Part shown: positions 9,586-18,766 of the stretch, piece by piece
How the letters are laid out: each line of letters starts with the position of its first letter
How positions within the stretch are numbered: the first letter of the stretch is position 1
Origin: an uncultured Planctomycetia bacterium
GTDB lineage: Bacteria > Omnitrophota > Gorgyraeia > 2-02-FULL-51-18
Assembly: GCA_964431835.1 (NCBI GenBank)
Contig: CAYSKO010000007.1
Location: 8,997-72,996 of the forward strand
Reading direction: 5' to 3'
DNA: 64,000 nt
The notes under the pieces: generated by a model
Database searches by the model: none
Told to the model about the DNA's origin: nothing
The model's input: only the letters and a program-made list of their open reading frames with translations
Position numbers and translations under genes: made by a program

Positions 9586-11484
9586 ATGGCTGAAAAAATC
9601 ATCGGTATCGATCTCGGCACCACGAATTCGTGCGTCGCCGTCATGCAGGGCGGGGAACCCGTTGTCATTCCGAACGCAGAAGGCGGCCGGACCACGCCGT
9701 CCGTCGTCGGTTTCGCGAAGAACGGCGAGCGTCTCGTCGGGCAGGCCGCGAAACGCCAGGCGATCACGAACCCGGAGAACACGATCTTCTCCATCAAGCG
9801 TTTCATGGGTCGCAAACACGGCGAAGTACTCGGCGAAGAGAAGCTCGTCCCTTACAAGATCGTCGAGGCGAAGTCCGGCGACGTGCGCGTGAAGGCGGGG
9901 AACGGTGAATTCTCTCCGCCGGAAATCTCCGCGCTCATCCTTCAGAAGATGAAGCAGACCGCGGAAGATTATCTGGGCCACAAGGTGACGAAGGCCGTCA
10001 TCACCGTGCCCGCTTATTTCAACGACTCGCAGCGCCAGGCCACGAAGGACGCGGGCAAGATCGCCGGTCTCGAGGTGCTCCGCATCATCAACGAGCCCAC
10101 CGCGGCCGCGCTCGCGTACGGACTCGACAAAAAGAAAAATGAGAAGATCGCCGTGTACGATCTTGGCGGCGGTACGTTCGACATCTCGATCCTCGAGATC
10201 GGCGACGGCGTCTTCGAAGTCCGCTCGACCAACGGCGACACGCATTTAGGCGGCGACGACTTCGACCAGCGCGTGATGGACTGGATCGCCGACGAATTCA
10301 GGAAGGCCGAAGGCATCGACTTGCGCAAGGACCGCATGGCTCTCCAGCGCTTGAAGGAAGCGGCCGAGCGCGCGAAGATCGAGCTTTCGAGCAACATGCA
10401 GACCGAAATCAACCTCCCGTTCGTCACGGCGGACGCCTCCGGGCCGAAGCATCTGACGATGACGCTTTCGCGTTCCAAGTTCGAGCAGCTCGTGGACGAT
10501 CTCGTCCAGAAGACGCTCGAGCCGTGCAGGAAAGCGCTCAGCGATGCGAAGCTGAAGGCGGAGGAAGTGGATGAGGTCGTCCTGGTCGGCGGCATGACCC
10601 GCATGCCGAAGGTCCAGGAGGTCGTGAAGCAGCTCTTCAAGAAAGAGCCGCACAAGGGCGTGAACCCGGACGAGGTCGTCGCGATCGGCGCGGCCATCCA
10701 GGGCGGCGTCCTGGTCGGCGACGTGAAGGACGTGCTTCTCCTCGACGTGACCCCGCTCTCGCTCGGCATCGAGACGCTCGGCGGCGTAAACACGAAGCTC
10801 ATCGAGCGCAACACCACGATCCCGACAAAAAAAAGCCAGGTCTTCTCGACCGCGGCGGACAACCAGAACGCCGTCTCGATCCACGTCCTCCAGGGCGAGC
10901 GAGAGATCGCGTCCGGAAACCGCACGCTCGGCCGGTTCGACCTGGTCGGCATTCCGCCAGCGCCGCGCGGCGTGCCTCAGATCGAAGTCGCGTTCGACAT
11001 CGACGCGAACGGCATCGTGCACGTGTCGGCGAAAGACCTCGGCACGGGCAAAGAGCAGAAAATCCGTATCGAATCCTCGAGCGGCCTTTCGAAGGAAGAC
11101 ATCGAAAAGATGACCAAGGACGCCGAGGCGCACGCGGAAGAAGATAAAAAACGCCGCGAGGCGGTCGAGGCGCGCAACAAGCTCGACGGGCTCGTCTATC
11201 AAGTCGAGAAGTCGCTGAACGACGTGGGCGACAAGGTCGACGCCGGCGACCGCGAACGCGTTCAGAAGGCTCTTGGCGCCGCCAAGGAAGCGCTTGGCAA
11301 GGAAGACGTCGACGCGATCCTAGCCGCCGAGAAGGATCTCACCGCGGCTTCTCACAAGCTCGCGGAGGCCATGTATAAGCAGCAGGCGCCGGGCGCCGAG
11401 CAAGAATCCGGGGCAAACGGTTCGGCCGAGACGAAGGAAGACGTCGTCGACGCGGAATACAAGGTCGAGGACGAGAAGCAATAA
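9586..11484 (+). CDS. dnaK: Chaperone DnaK (Hsp70)
   Basis: [14 protein letters not shown] and DLGGGTFD motifs, full length (632 aa). Confidence 0.95.
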   Translation: MAEKIIGIDLGTTNSCVAVMQGGEPVVIPNAEGGRTTPSVVGFAKNGERLVGQAAKRQAITNPENTIFSIKRFMGRKHGEVLGEEKLVPYKIVEAKSGDVRVKAGNGEFSPPEISALILQKMKQTAEDYLGHKVTKAVITVPAYFNDSQRQATKDAGKIAGLEVLRIINEPTAAALAYGLDKKKNEKIAVYDLGGGTFDISILEIGDGVFEVRSTNGDTHLGGDDFDQRVMDWIADEFRKAEGIDLRKDRMALQRLKEAAERAKIELSSNMQTEINLPFVTADASGPKHLTMTLSRSKFEQLVDDLVQKTLEPCRKALSDAKLKAEEVDEVVLVGGMTRMPKVQEVVKQLFKKEPHKGVNPDEVVAIGAAIQGGVLVGDVKDVLLLDVTPLSLGIETLGGVNTKLIERNTTIPTKKSQVFSTAADNQNAVSIHVLQGEREIASGNRTLGRFDLVGIPPAPRGVPQIEVAFDIDANGIVHVSAKDLGTGKEQKIRIESSSGLSKEDIEKMTKDAEAHAEEDKKRREAVEARNKLDGLVYQVEKSLNDVGDKVDAGDRERVQKALGAAKEALGKEDVDAILAAEKDLTAASHKLAEAMYKQQAPGAEQESGANGSAETKEDVVDAEYKVEDEKQ

Positions 11485-11510
11485 TCCCGGAAGGAACTGC
11501 TGGGAATTCG

Positions 11511-11546
11511 AGCGTATAGCGGGTAAAATCCGCTATACGCTTTTTT
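11511..11546 (+). terminator. Intrinsic terminator/attenuator between dnaK and dnaJ (12-bp stem AGCGTATAGCGG/CCGCTATACGCT, 7-nt loop, T6)
   Basis: Perfect 12-bp stem followed by TTTTTT, read directly. Confidence 0.6.
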
Positions 11547-11562
11547 CAATACGAAGGAAACG

Positions 11563-12666
11563 ATGGCTCAGAAAAGAGATTATTACGAGATTCTCGGCAT
11601 CGGGAAGCAGGCTTCGCCGGAAGAGCTGAAGAGCGCTTACCGCAAGGCCGCGATCCAGCACCATCCCGACAAGAATCAGGGCGACAAGAAAGCCGAAGAG
11701 CGTTTCAAGGAAGCTACCGAGGCGTACCAGGTGTTGTCGGACCCGCAGAAGCGCGAAGCGTACAACCGCTACGGCCACGAAGGCGTGCGCGGGGCGGGCG
11801 GTCCCGGTTTCGGCGCGGCTGGTTTCGAGGACATCTTCGGCGACATCTTCGAAGATTTCTTCGGAGGCTCGCGCCGCCGGCGCGGCCCCCAGCGCGGCGG
11901 CGATCTGCAGGTCGAGGTCGAGATCTCGTTCGAGCAAGCCGCGTTCGGAGTCGAAAAGGAAGTGGGCCTGCGTCGCGAGGAATCCTGCAGCGCCTGTAAG
12001 GGAAGCGGAGCGAAAGACGGCACGGCCCAAACCACCTGCGCGACCTGCCGCGGCACGGGCCAGATCGTAGCCTCAAGCGGTTTTTTCAGCGTCGCCCGTC
12101 CCTGCCCGCGTTGCCACGGACGCGGAACGTTCATCGAAGAGCCGTGCGACCCGTGCGGCGGCGACGGCCGCGTCACGGCGGACCGGAAGGTGAAGCTCAA
12201 GATTCCCGCCGGCGTCGACAACGGCATCCGCCTGCGCATGACGGGCGAGGGCGAGGCCGGCACGCAGGGCGGCCCACGCGGCGATCTTTACGTGGATCTT
12301 TTCGTTCGGGCGCACGAGATCTTCACGCGCCGGGGCACGACGCTCGTCTGCGAGGCGCCGATCAGCTTCGTACAGGCTGCTCTAGGGGCGGAGATCGACG
12401 TTCCGACGCTCGAGGGCACGACGGCGCTCAAGATCCCGGTCGGCACCCAGCCGGGAAAAATATTCAAGTTGAAGGGTAAGGGACTCGCCTCGCTGGACGG
12501 CCGCGGCCTCGGCGACATGGAAGTGCACGTCGTCGTCGAGACGCCGACGCACCTTTCGGACAAGCAGAAGGACCTTCTCAAGCAATTCGCCGCGCTGTCG
12601 GGCGAGAAGGTGAATCCCTTGTCTGCGTCGTTCGTGAACAAGATGAAGGAACTGTTCAAGAAATAA
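11563..12666 (+). CDS. dnaJ: Chaperone DnaJ (J domain, G/F region, four CxxCxGxG zinc-finger repeats)
   Basis: HPD motif, CSACKGSG/CATCRGTG/CPRCHGRG/CDPCGGDG repeats and the C-terminal domains. Confidence 0.95.
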   Translation: MAQKRDYYEILGIGKQASPEELKSAYRKAAIQHHPDKNQGDKKAEERFKEATEAYQVLSDPQKREAYNRYGHEGVRGAGGPGFGAAGFEDIFGDIFEDFFGGSRRRRGPQRGGDLQVEVEISFEQAAFGVEKEVGLRREESCSACKGSGAKDGTAQTTCATCRGTGQIVASSGFFSVARPCPRCHGRGTFIEEPCDPCGGDGRVTADRKVKLKIPAGVDNGIRLRMTGEGEAGTQGGPRGDLYVDLFVRAHEIFTRRGTTLVCEAPISFVQAALGAEIDVPTLEGTTALKIPVGTQPGKIFKLKGKGLASLDGRGLGDMEVHVVVETPTHLSDKQKDLLKQFAALSGEKVNPLSASFVNKMKELFKK

Positions 12667-12684
12667 CCGAAAAGGAAGAAGCGA

Positions 12685-12957
12685 ATGCCCACTTACGAAT
12701 ACCGCTGCGAGAAATGCCGCAAGAAGTTCGAGCTCCTCCAGCGTATGTCCGAGCCGCCGGTCAAGAAGTGCCCGCTGTGCGGGGGCGGCAAGGTCGAGCG
12801 CCTGATCGGTGCCGGCGCCGGACTCATCTTCAAGGGCAGCGGCTTTTACATCACCGACTACAAGAAGCCCTCCGCTTCCGACGCGGCCAAAAAGTCCAAG
12901 GACGAAAAACCGAAGGAATCCAAGGAAACGAAGAAGCCTTCGAAATCCAATGACTGA
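12685..12957 (+). CDS. FmdB-family zinc-ribbon protein (putative regulatory protein)
   Basis: N-terminal MPTYEYRCEKC...CPLCGG CxxC pairs and a Lys-rich tail. Confidence 0.8.
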   Translation: MPTYEYRCEKCRKKFELLQRMSEPPVKKCPLCGGGKVERLIGAGAGLIFKGSGFYITDYKKPSASDAAKKSKDEKPKESKETKKPSKSND

Positions 12958-13336
12958 GCGCGCGCGCGCGTGGTGCGCGGTTGTCGTTTGGGGAGCTTTT
13001 ATCTTCGGGGTCTCCTCTTTCCCGCGCCTCCATGTCGCGCCGGCTCCGTGGATGAAGTATCAGCCGGATAAGATCTTCCATTTCCTCGAGTACACGATTT
13101 TCGGGTATTTCTTGACGCGTGCATTTTGGCTGACGTACAATTTCCGCTCGACTCTCGCGCTCGCGCTCGCGACGTTCGCCGCGGGCACCCTGTACAGCGT
13201 GTCGGACGAGTGGCACCAAAAGTTCATACCGGGCCGGCATTCGGACCCGATGGACGTGGCCGCGGACGCGCTGGGCGTCGCTGCCGGAACATACATCCTG
13301 CTCAAGAAGACGAAAGGCTCCGCCCCTCATGCCTGA
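12950..13336 (+). CDS. VanZ-family membrane protein
   Basis: Four hydrophobic segments and the conserved SDEWHQ motif typical of VanZ-like proteins. Confidence 0.7.
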   Translation: MTERARAWCAVVVWGAFIFGVSSFPRLHVAPAPWMKYQPDKIFHFLEYTIFGYFLTRAFWLTYNFRSTLALALATFAAGTLYSVSDEWHQKFIPGRHSDPMDVAADALGVAAGTYILLKKTKGSAPHA

Positions 13337-14585
13337 GATTCGAGCGTTCCGTGCCTGGCGTTACGATGAACGGAAGACTTCCGACCCCGCACGTCTTTTC
13401 GCGCCCCCGTACGACGTCATCTCGAAAAAACAGCAGAAGGCGCTCTACTCGGCTGATCCGCACAACGTGATCCGCTTGGAACTCGGCGAAGAAAAGCCCG
13501 GCGACTCCGCGCGCGACAACAAGTACGTGCGTGCCGCCCGCTACCTCGGCCAGTGGAAGGGAGCCGGCGTCCTCACTCAGGAAAACGCGCCCTCCCTTTA
13601 CGTCTACGTGCAGGACTACAAGGAGGAAGGGGTGAAGCGCACCCGCCACGGCTTCTTCGCCGCGATGAAGATCGACGAGAAGGCCGTCAAAAAACACGAG
13701 AACACGCTCGCGGGCCCGAAGAAGGACCGCCTCGCGCTCCTTAAGGAAACCAAGACGAACCTGAGCCCGATCTTCGGCCTTTTCGAGGATTCGACGTCCG
13801 AAATCCAAAAGCTCTTGAAGGAAGGTGCGAACTCGAAGCCGGTGTACGACGTCACCGTCGATGGCGTCCGTCACCGCCTGTACGTCGAGACCGACCCCAA
13901 GCGCATCGCGCGGCTTGCGGCCCTCATGAAGAAGAAGCCGATGTTCATCGCCGACGGCCATCACCGCTTCGAAGTCGCCTGCCAGTACAAGAAGCTCGCG
14001 GGTAAAGGCGCCGCCGGCTGGGTCATGACCTATTTCGCCGACTGCCGCAACAATCCGTTCACGATCTGGCCCACGCACCGCCTCGTGAAGTTTCCGACCT
14101 CGATGAAGGACGCGCCGTCCGCGCTCTCCCGCCTGGGGGATGTGGAGCGCGTGTCGAAGCTCGACGCCGTCCTCGAAGCGCTCGCTGAAAGCCGTGAGGA
14201 AGCCCGGGACAAACGCTACTCGTTCGGGTTCTACTCGAAGAAGAGCGGCTACCTCCTCCTCACGCTCGACGACGCGCTCGCGCAAAAGGTGAAGAGGAAC
14301 CCCGTGGATTCGCTGGACGTCTCGGTGCTCCATAAGTTCGTGATCGAGCCCGTATTCAAGATATCGAAGATCGAGAAGTCCGAAGCGATCGACTTCACGC
14401 GCGACGCGCGCGAGGCCGTCGCACGCGTGAACGCGGGCGAGCTCGACGGAGCGCTCTTCCTCCGACCCACGTCGCTCGGCGAGATGATCCTCGCTTCGAA
14501 GAAGGGTCTCAAGATGCCTCAGAAGTCGACCTACTTCTACCCGAAACTTCTTTCGGGACTCGTGTTCCACTCGCTCGAAGGCTAA
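13329..14585 (+). CDS. DUF1015-family protein
   Basis: Its length and conserved blocks (MFIADGHHRFE, PTHRLV) are characteristic of DUF1015. Confidence 0.7.
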   Translation: MPEIRAFRAWRYDERKTSDPARLFAPPYDVISKKQQKALYSADPHNVIRLELGEEKPGDSARDNKYVRAARYLGQWKGAGVLTQENAPSLYVYVQDYKEEGVKRTRHGFFAAMKIDEKAVKKHENTLAGPKKDRLALLKETKTNLSPIFGLFEDSTSEIQKLLKEGANSKPVYDVTVDGVRHRLYVETDPKRIARLAALMKKKPMFIADGHHRFEVACQYKKLAGKGAAGWVMTYFADCRNNPFTIWPTHRLVKFPTSMKDAPSALSRLGDVERVSKLDAVLEALAESREEARDKRYSFGFYSKKSGYLLLTLDDALAQKVKRNPVDSLDVSVLHKFVIEPVFKISKIEKSEAIDFTRDAREAVARVNAGELDGALFLRPTSLGEMILASKKGLKMPQKSTYFYPKLLSGLVFHSLEG

Positions 14586-14587
14586 AA

Positions 14588-15301
14588 ATGCACAAACCGC
14601 GCTCGCTCACTTCGTTGTCGCTCTTTTTCCCGTGCTACAACGAGAAAGAGAACGTCGGCACCATGATCGAGCAGGCCATCGAGGTGGGGGAAACCTACGG
14701 CGTCGACTACGAGGTGATCGTCGTCGACGACGGCAGCCGCGACGGCTCGGCCGAGATCGTGAAGAAGTGGTCCGAGAAGAACGCGCGCGTGCGCTTGGTG
14801 GCCCACGAGCGCAACATGGGCTACGGCGCCGCTCTGCGTACGGGCTTGGCCGCCGCTGAGAAGGACCTCGTTTTCCTGACCGACGGCGACAACCAGTTCC
14901 GTCTGGCCGACATCGAGAAGCTGTTTTCGAAGATCGACGGCTGCGACGTGGTCACGGGATACCGCATCCAGCGCCGCGACGACGCCCGGCGCGTGATCCA
15001 AGGGCGGCTCTGGACCTCGCTCAATCGCACGCTCTTTGGCCTCAAGGTCCGCGACGTCGACTGCGCGTTCAAGCTCTTCCGCAAGAAGGCCTTAAAGGAC
15101 CTGCGTCTCGAGTCGAACCAGCTTCTGATTCACGCCGAGATCCTGGCGAGGCTCCAGCGTAAGGGCTTTCGGATCGAGGAGATAGGCGTCACGCATTACG
15201 CCCGGACCGCCGGAAAGCCGAGCGCGACAGGCCTTTCGCGCATCCTGAAGACCTTCTTCGAGCTTTTCCGGCTTTGGGGCCGAATCCGCTCCGAAAAGTG
15301 A
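14588..15301 (+). CDS. Family-2 glycosyltransferase (polyprenyl-phosphate sugar transferase, DPM1/ArnC-like)
   Basis: LSLFFPCYNEKEN, VVDDGSRDGS and the DxD motif (TDGDNQ). Confidence 0.8.
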   Translation: MHKPRSLTSLSLFFPCYNEKENVGTMIEQAIEVGETYGVDYEVIVVDDGSRDGSAEIVKKWSEKNARVRLVAHERNMGYGAALRTGLAAAEKDLVFLTDGDNQFRLADIEKLFSKIDGCDVVTGYRIQRRDDARRVIQGRLWTSLNRTLFGLKVRDVDCAFKLFRKKALKDLRLESNQLLIHAEILARLQRKGFRIEEIGVTHYARTAGKPSATGLSRILKTFFELFRLWGRIRSEK

Positions 15302-15308
15302 CCGCGGC

Positions 15309-15335
15309 GCCCCCGATTCCCGTTGAATCGGGGGC
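15309..15335 (+). promoter_or_regulatory. Strong hairpin (11-bp stem GCCCCCGATTC/GAATCGGGGGC, 5-nt loop) between the GT2 gene and accD; the right arm contains the only SD-like GGGGG for the accD start
   Basis: Perfect inverted repeat read directly, with no downstream T-tract. Confidence 0.5.
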
Positions 15336-15341
15336 CCGCTT

Positions 15342-16211
15342 ATGTTAAGATTCACGGATACCATGCCCTTCGACACCAAACTAAAAGTCAACACGATCCG
15401 CATCCTCCGGCGACGGGATATTCCCGAAGGGCTTTGGACGAAGTGCGAGGAATGCGGCGAGATCATCTACAACAAGACCCTGGAGGAAGACGCCAAGGTC
15501 TGTCCGAAGTGCGACTATCACTTCACCCTCTCGGCTCCCGAGCGCGTTGCCCAACTCACCGACGAAGGCACGTTCCAGGAATTCTTCTCCGAAGTCCGCT
15601 CCGGCGATCCTCTCAAGTTCAAGGGCCCCAAGTCGTACGTCGCCAAGATCAAGGAAGATCAGACCGCGACCGGCCTTACCGACGCGGTCGTCACCGGCGT
15701 CGGCCAGGTGAACGGCACCAAGCTCGCTCTCGGCGTCACGGATTCGCGTTTCATCATGGGCTCGATGGGCTCCGTGGTGGGTGAGCGCCTCACGCGTCTC
15801 ATCGAGAAGGCCACCGCCGAAAAGCTTCCGGTCGTTATTGTCTCGGGCTCAGGCGGCGGCGCGCGCATGTACGAAGGCATGTTCTCGCTCATGCAGATGG
15901 CTAAGACCTCACAGGCGCTCGCCAAGCTCCACGAGGCCGGCGGCCTCTTCATCTCGGTGCTTACGAATCCGACGATGGCCGGCGTCATGGCGAGCTTCGC
16001 TTCGCTCGGTGATCTCATCGTAGCAGAACCAAAGGCGCTCATCGGTTTCACCGGTCCGCGCGTCATCGAACAGACGATCCGCCAGAAACTGCCCGAAGGT
16101 TTCCAGACTTCCGAATTTCTCCTTGAGCATGGCATGATCGACAAGATCATCCACCGCCGTCAGCTCAAAGGCGCTCTTCACCAGTACATCAACTTTTTCA
16201 ACCGTTCGTAG
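15342..16211 (+). CDS. accD: Acetyl-CoA carboxylase carboxyltransferase beta subunit AccD
   Basis: N-terminal C4 zinc finger (CEECGEIIY...CPKCDYH) and the carboxyltransferase domain (GSGGGARMYEG). The alternative start ATG 15363 (MPFDTK...) gives an E. coli-like N-terminal length. Confidence 0.9.
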   Translation: MLRFTDTMPFDTKLKVNTIRILRRRDIPEGLWTKCEECGEIIYNKTLEEDAKVCPKCDYHFTLSAPERVAQLTDEGTFQEFFSEVRSGDPLKFKGPKSYVAKIKEDQTATGLTDAVVTGVGQVNGTKLALGVTDSRFIMGSMGSVVGERLTRLIEKATAEKLPVVIVSGSGGGARMYEGMFSLMQMAKTSQALAKLHEAGGLFISVLTNPTMAGVMASFASLGDLIVAEPKALIGFTGPRVIEQTIRQKLPEGFQTSEFLLEHGMIDKIIHRRQLKGALHQYINFFNRS

Positions 16212-16220
16212 GAGACAGGG

Positions 16221-17324
16221 ATGCCCCAAGTTCGCCTGGTGAACGTGAAGAAAGTCTATTCCGGCAACATCACCGCCGTGCAGGACGTGTCACTCGACAT
16301 CGAGCGCCGCGAATTCGTCGTGTTCGTCGGCCCGTCGGGCTGCGGTAAAACAACAACGCTCCGCATGATCGCCGGCCTCGAGGACATCTCGGGCGGCAAG
16401 ATCTACATCAACGATAAAGTCGTCAACGACATTCCGCCGAAAGACCGCGACATCGCGATGGTGTTCCAGAATTACGCGCTCTACCCGCACATGACCGTGT
16501 TCCAGAACATGGCGTTCGCGCTGAAGCTCCGTAAATACCCGAAGGACGAGATCCAAAAGCGCGTCAGCGAAGCGGCGGAGATCCTTGGCATCGAGAAGCT
16601 TCTCGACCGCAAGCCGAAGGAACTCTCCGGCGGCCAGCGCCAGCGCGTGGCGCTCGGACGCGCGATCGTCCGCAAGCCGCACGTGTTCCTCTTCGACGAG
16701 CCGCTCTCGAACCTCGACGCCAAGATGCGCGTTCAGATGCGCACCGAGATCAAAAAGCTCCACCAGCGCCTGCAGGCGACGATCATTTACGTCACGCACG
16801 ACCAGACCGAAGCCCTCACGATGGGCGACCGCATCGTCGTCATGAAAGACGGCGTGATCCAGCAGCTGGCCGACCCGCTCAACCTCTACGAGCGCCCGGT
16901 GAACAAGTTCGTGGCGAGCTTCATCGGTAGCCCGCCGATGAATTTCCTGAACGGCCAGGTCATCCGTTTGGACGGCAAGCTTTACTTCCAAAACGGCCCC
17001 TTCAAGGTCCGTATCAACGACGCGATGGGCCCGAAGCTCGCCGAATACGTGAACAAGGAAGTGGTTTTCGGCATCCGCGCCGAGGATATCTACGACAAAC
17101 TTTTCACGTCGGCCGCCTCGCCGGACAACACCGTCCGCGCGACCTGCGAAGTCGTCGAGCCCATGGGCGCCGAGGCGTACCTTTACCTCCGCTGTGGCCC
17201 GAACCAGTTCATCGCGCGCGTGTCGGGCCACATCCGCCCCGGCGTGAATCAGGACTTGGACCTCGTGTTCGATATGGGCCAGGCGCACTTCTTCGACAAG
17301 AATACCGAAAAGACGATTCTTTAA
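16221..17324 (+). CDS. ABC transporter ATP-binding protein, carbohydrate-import type (MalK/UgpC-like, with a C-terminal TOBE domain)
   Basis: Walker A GPSGCGKTT, the LSGGQRQR signature and Walker B LFDEPLSNLD. No permease or binding-protein genes are adjacent. Confidence 0.9.
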   Translation: MPQVRLVNVKKVYSGNITAVQDVSLDIERREFVVFVGPSGCGKTTTLRMIAGLEDISGGKIYINDKVVNDIPPKDRDIAMVFQNYALYPHMTVFQNMAFALKLRKYPKDEIQKRVSEAAEILGIEKLLDRKPKELSGGQRQRVALGRAIVRKPHVFLFDEPLSNLDAKMRVQMRTEIKKLHQRLQATIIYVTHDQTEALTMGDRIVVMKDGVIQQLADPLNLYERPVNKFVASFIGSPPMNFLNGQVIRLDGKLYFQNGPFKVRINDAMGPKLAEYVNKEVVFGIRAEDIYDKLFTSAASPDNTVRATCEVVEPMGAEAYLYLRCGPNQFIARVSGHIRPGVNQDLDLVFDMGQAHFFDKNTEKTIL

Positions 17325-17485
17325 GAAATAGTAGGAAAGGGAGGGGCCAGCTGCCGCCGTATTTCATCCCGATCCTCGCCTATCTTCTATGGCTGGCCGT
17401 CCTCGCGTCGCTTTTCCCGGTCTTTCGCCTCGATCTCCATCTCTCCGACCAATTCGTCGCCGCTCATTTCTTCCTTCTGCAGCTC

Positions 17486-18766
17486 GTGCTCGTATTCGCG
17501 TGGGCACTGTCCGGCCCCGGCGTGGCCGCGGTGCTCTCGGGTCTCGCGGCGATCGTCACGCTCTACCTCGCGCTCGGCGCCAAGGAGCCCGCGTTCTTCC
17601 TTCAGGTGCTCATCTTCGCCGGGCTCTTCGTCTTCATGGCATTCTATCTCCAGGCGATTCAGCAGCGTTATAAGGACAAGCAGATCGCGCGAGAGAAGCT
17701 CGCCGAAGATCTCCATCTCACCCGTAAGGAGATCGAGAAAAAGACGGCGCTGAAAGGCGCGCTCCGCCGAAAGATCGACCGGTTCCTCGACCTCGAACGC
17801 TTTTCGGAGCAGTTGAAGGAGGCTCAGGGCCTGGAAGCGGCCGCGAAGCTCATCGTCGAGGAGTCGTGCCGCGTGCTCGAGAAGGCCGACGAATGCGTAC
17901 TTTATCTGGTCGACGAGGATAAGCAGGAGCTTTCGCTGACCTCGACCGCTCCGGCGGCGCGGGGCCGCATGGAAAAGGCGGGACGGGTCTTCGACCAGTG
18001 GGTCATGAAGCGCTCGCAGGCCGTGATGATCGAGGACACGCGCGACGACTTCCGCTTCACCTCCGAGGCGAAGCCGGATCTGGACGACTGGCGCTCGGTT
18101 TGCGCCTCGCCGCTCGTCGTTGAGAACAAGGTCCTCGGCGTGATCCGCGCCAACTCCCTCAAGCCCCGTTGTTTCTCCGCGGACGACCTCCGTCTCTTAG
18201 ACGTGTTCGCCGGATTCGGCGCCGTCACGCTCCGTAACATCCTCCTTTACCGTACGGCCGAGGAGCTCGCCACGCGCGACGGTCTCACTGGCCTCTACGT
18301 GAAACGCCACTTCGAGGAGCGCTTGGCCGAGCTCGTCCGTGCGGCCGAGGCCGCCTCGGCGCCGTTCTGCGTCGTGCTTCTCGACATCGATCACTTCAAA
18401 CGCTACAACGACGAATACGGCCACTCGGCGGGGGATCTGGTCTTGAAGAACGTCGGGGGGATCGTGTCCGACGCCTGCGGTCCACGGGACACGGCGGCGC
18501 GTTACGGCGGCGAGGAATTCGTCGTGCTCCTGGCCGGACGCCCGAAGGGGTCGGGGCTCGAGGCCGCCGAAAAGCTGCGGCAGGAGATCGAAAAGGCCGT
18601 GTTCGTGCTGCGCCGCGCCGAGCGCCACGTGACGGCGTCCTTCGGGGTCGCTTCGTTCCCGGAAGACGGGCGCACGCCGCAGGATCTTCTTTGGGCCGCC
18701 GACAAGAACCTCTACGAAGCCAAGCATTCGGGAAGGAACCGCGTATGTGGCGCTACGTCGTCCTAA
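17486..18766 (+). CDS. Membrane-associated GAF-GGDEF diguanylate cyclase (active-site GGEEF; I-site degenerate)
   Basis: GAF-like block, GGDEF domain (RYGGEEF) and N-terminal hydrophobic helices. The first canonical start is GTG 17486, but the open frame plus a strong SD (AGGGAGG) 8 nt before CTG 17351 suggests about 45 more N-terminal residues. Confidence 0.8.
   Translation: MLVFAWALSGPGVAAVLSGLAAIVTLYLALGAKEPAFFLQVLIFAGLFVFMAFYLQAIQQRYKDKQIAREKLAEDLHLTRKEIEKKTALKGALRRKIDRFLDLERFSEQLKEAQGLEAAAKLIVEESCRVLEKADECVLYLVDEDKQELSLTSTAPAARGRMEKAGRVFDQWVMKRSQAVMIEDTRDDFRFTSEAKPDLDDWRSVCASPLVVENKVLGVIRANSLKPRCFSADDLRLLDVFAGFGAVTLRNILLYRTAEELATRDGLTGLYVKRHFEERLAELVRAAEAASAPFCVVLLDIDHFKRYNDEYGHSAGDLVLKNVGGIVSDACGPRDTAARYGGEEFVVLLAGRPKGSGLEAAEKLRQEIEKAVFVLRRAERHVTASFGVASFPEDGRTPQDLLWAADKNLYEAKHSGRNRVCGATSS

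Noticed and set aside
14588-15301. Interpreting the first GT2 (after DUF1015) as part of the distant polysaccharide cluster
   Set aside because: It is separated from that cluster by 8 kb of unrelated genes (accD, ABC ATPase, GGDEF pair, ROK, lptD). Only family-level similarity links them, not operon linkage.
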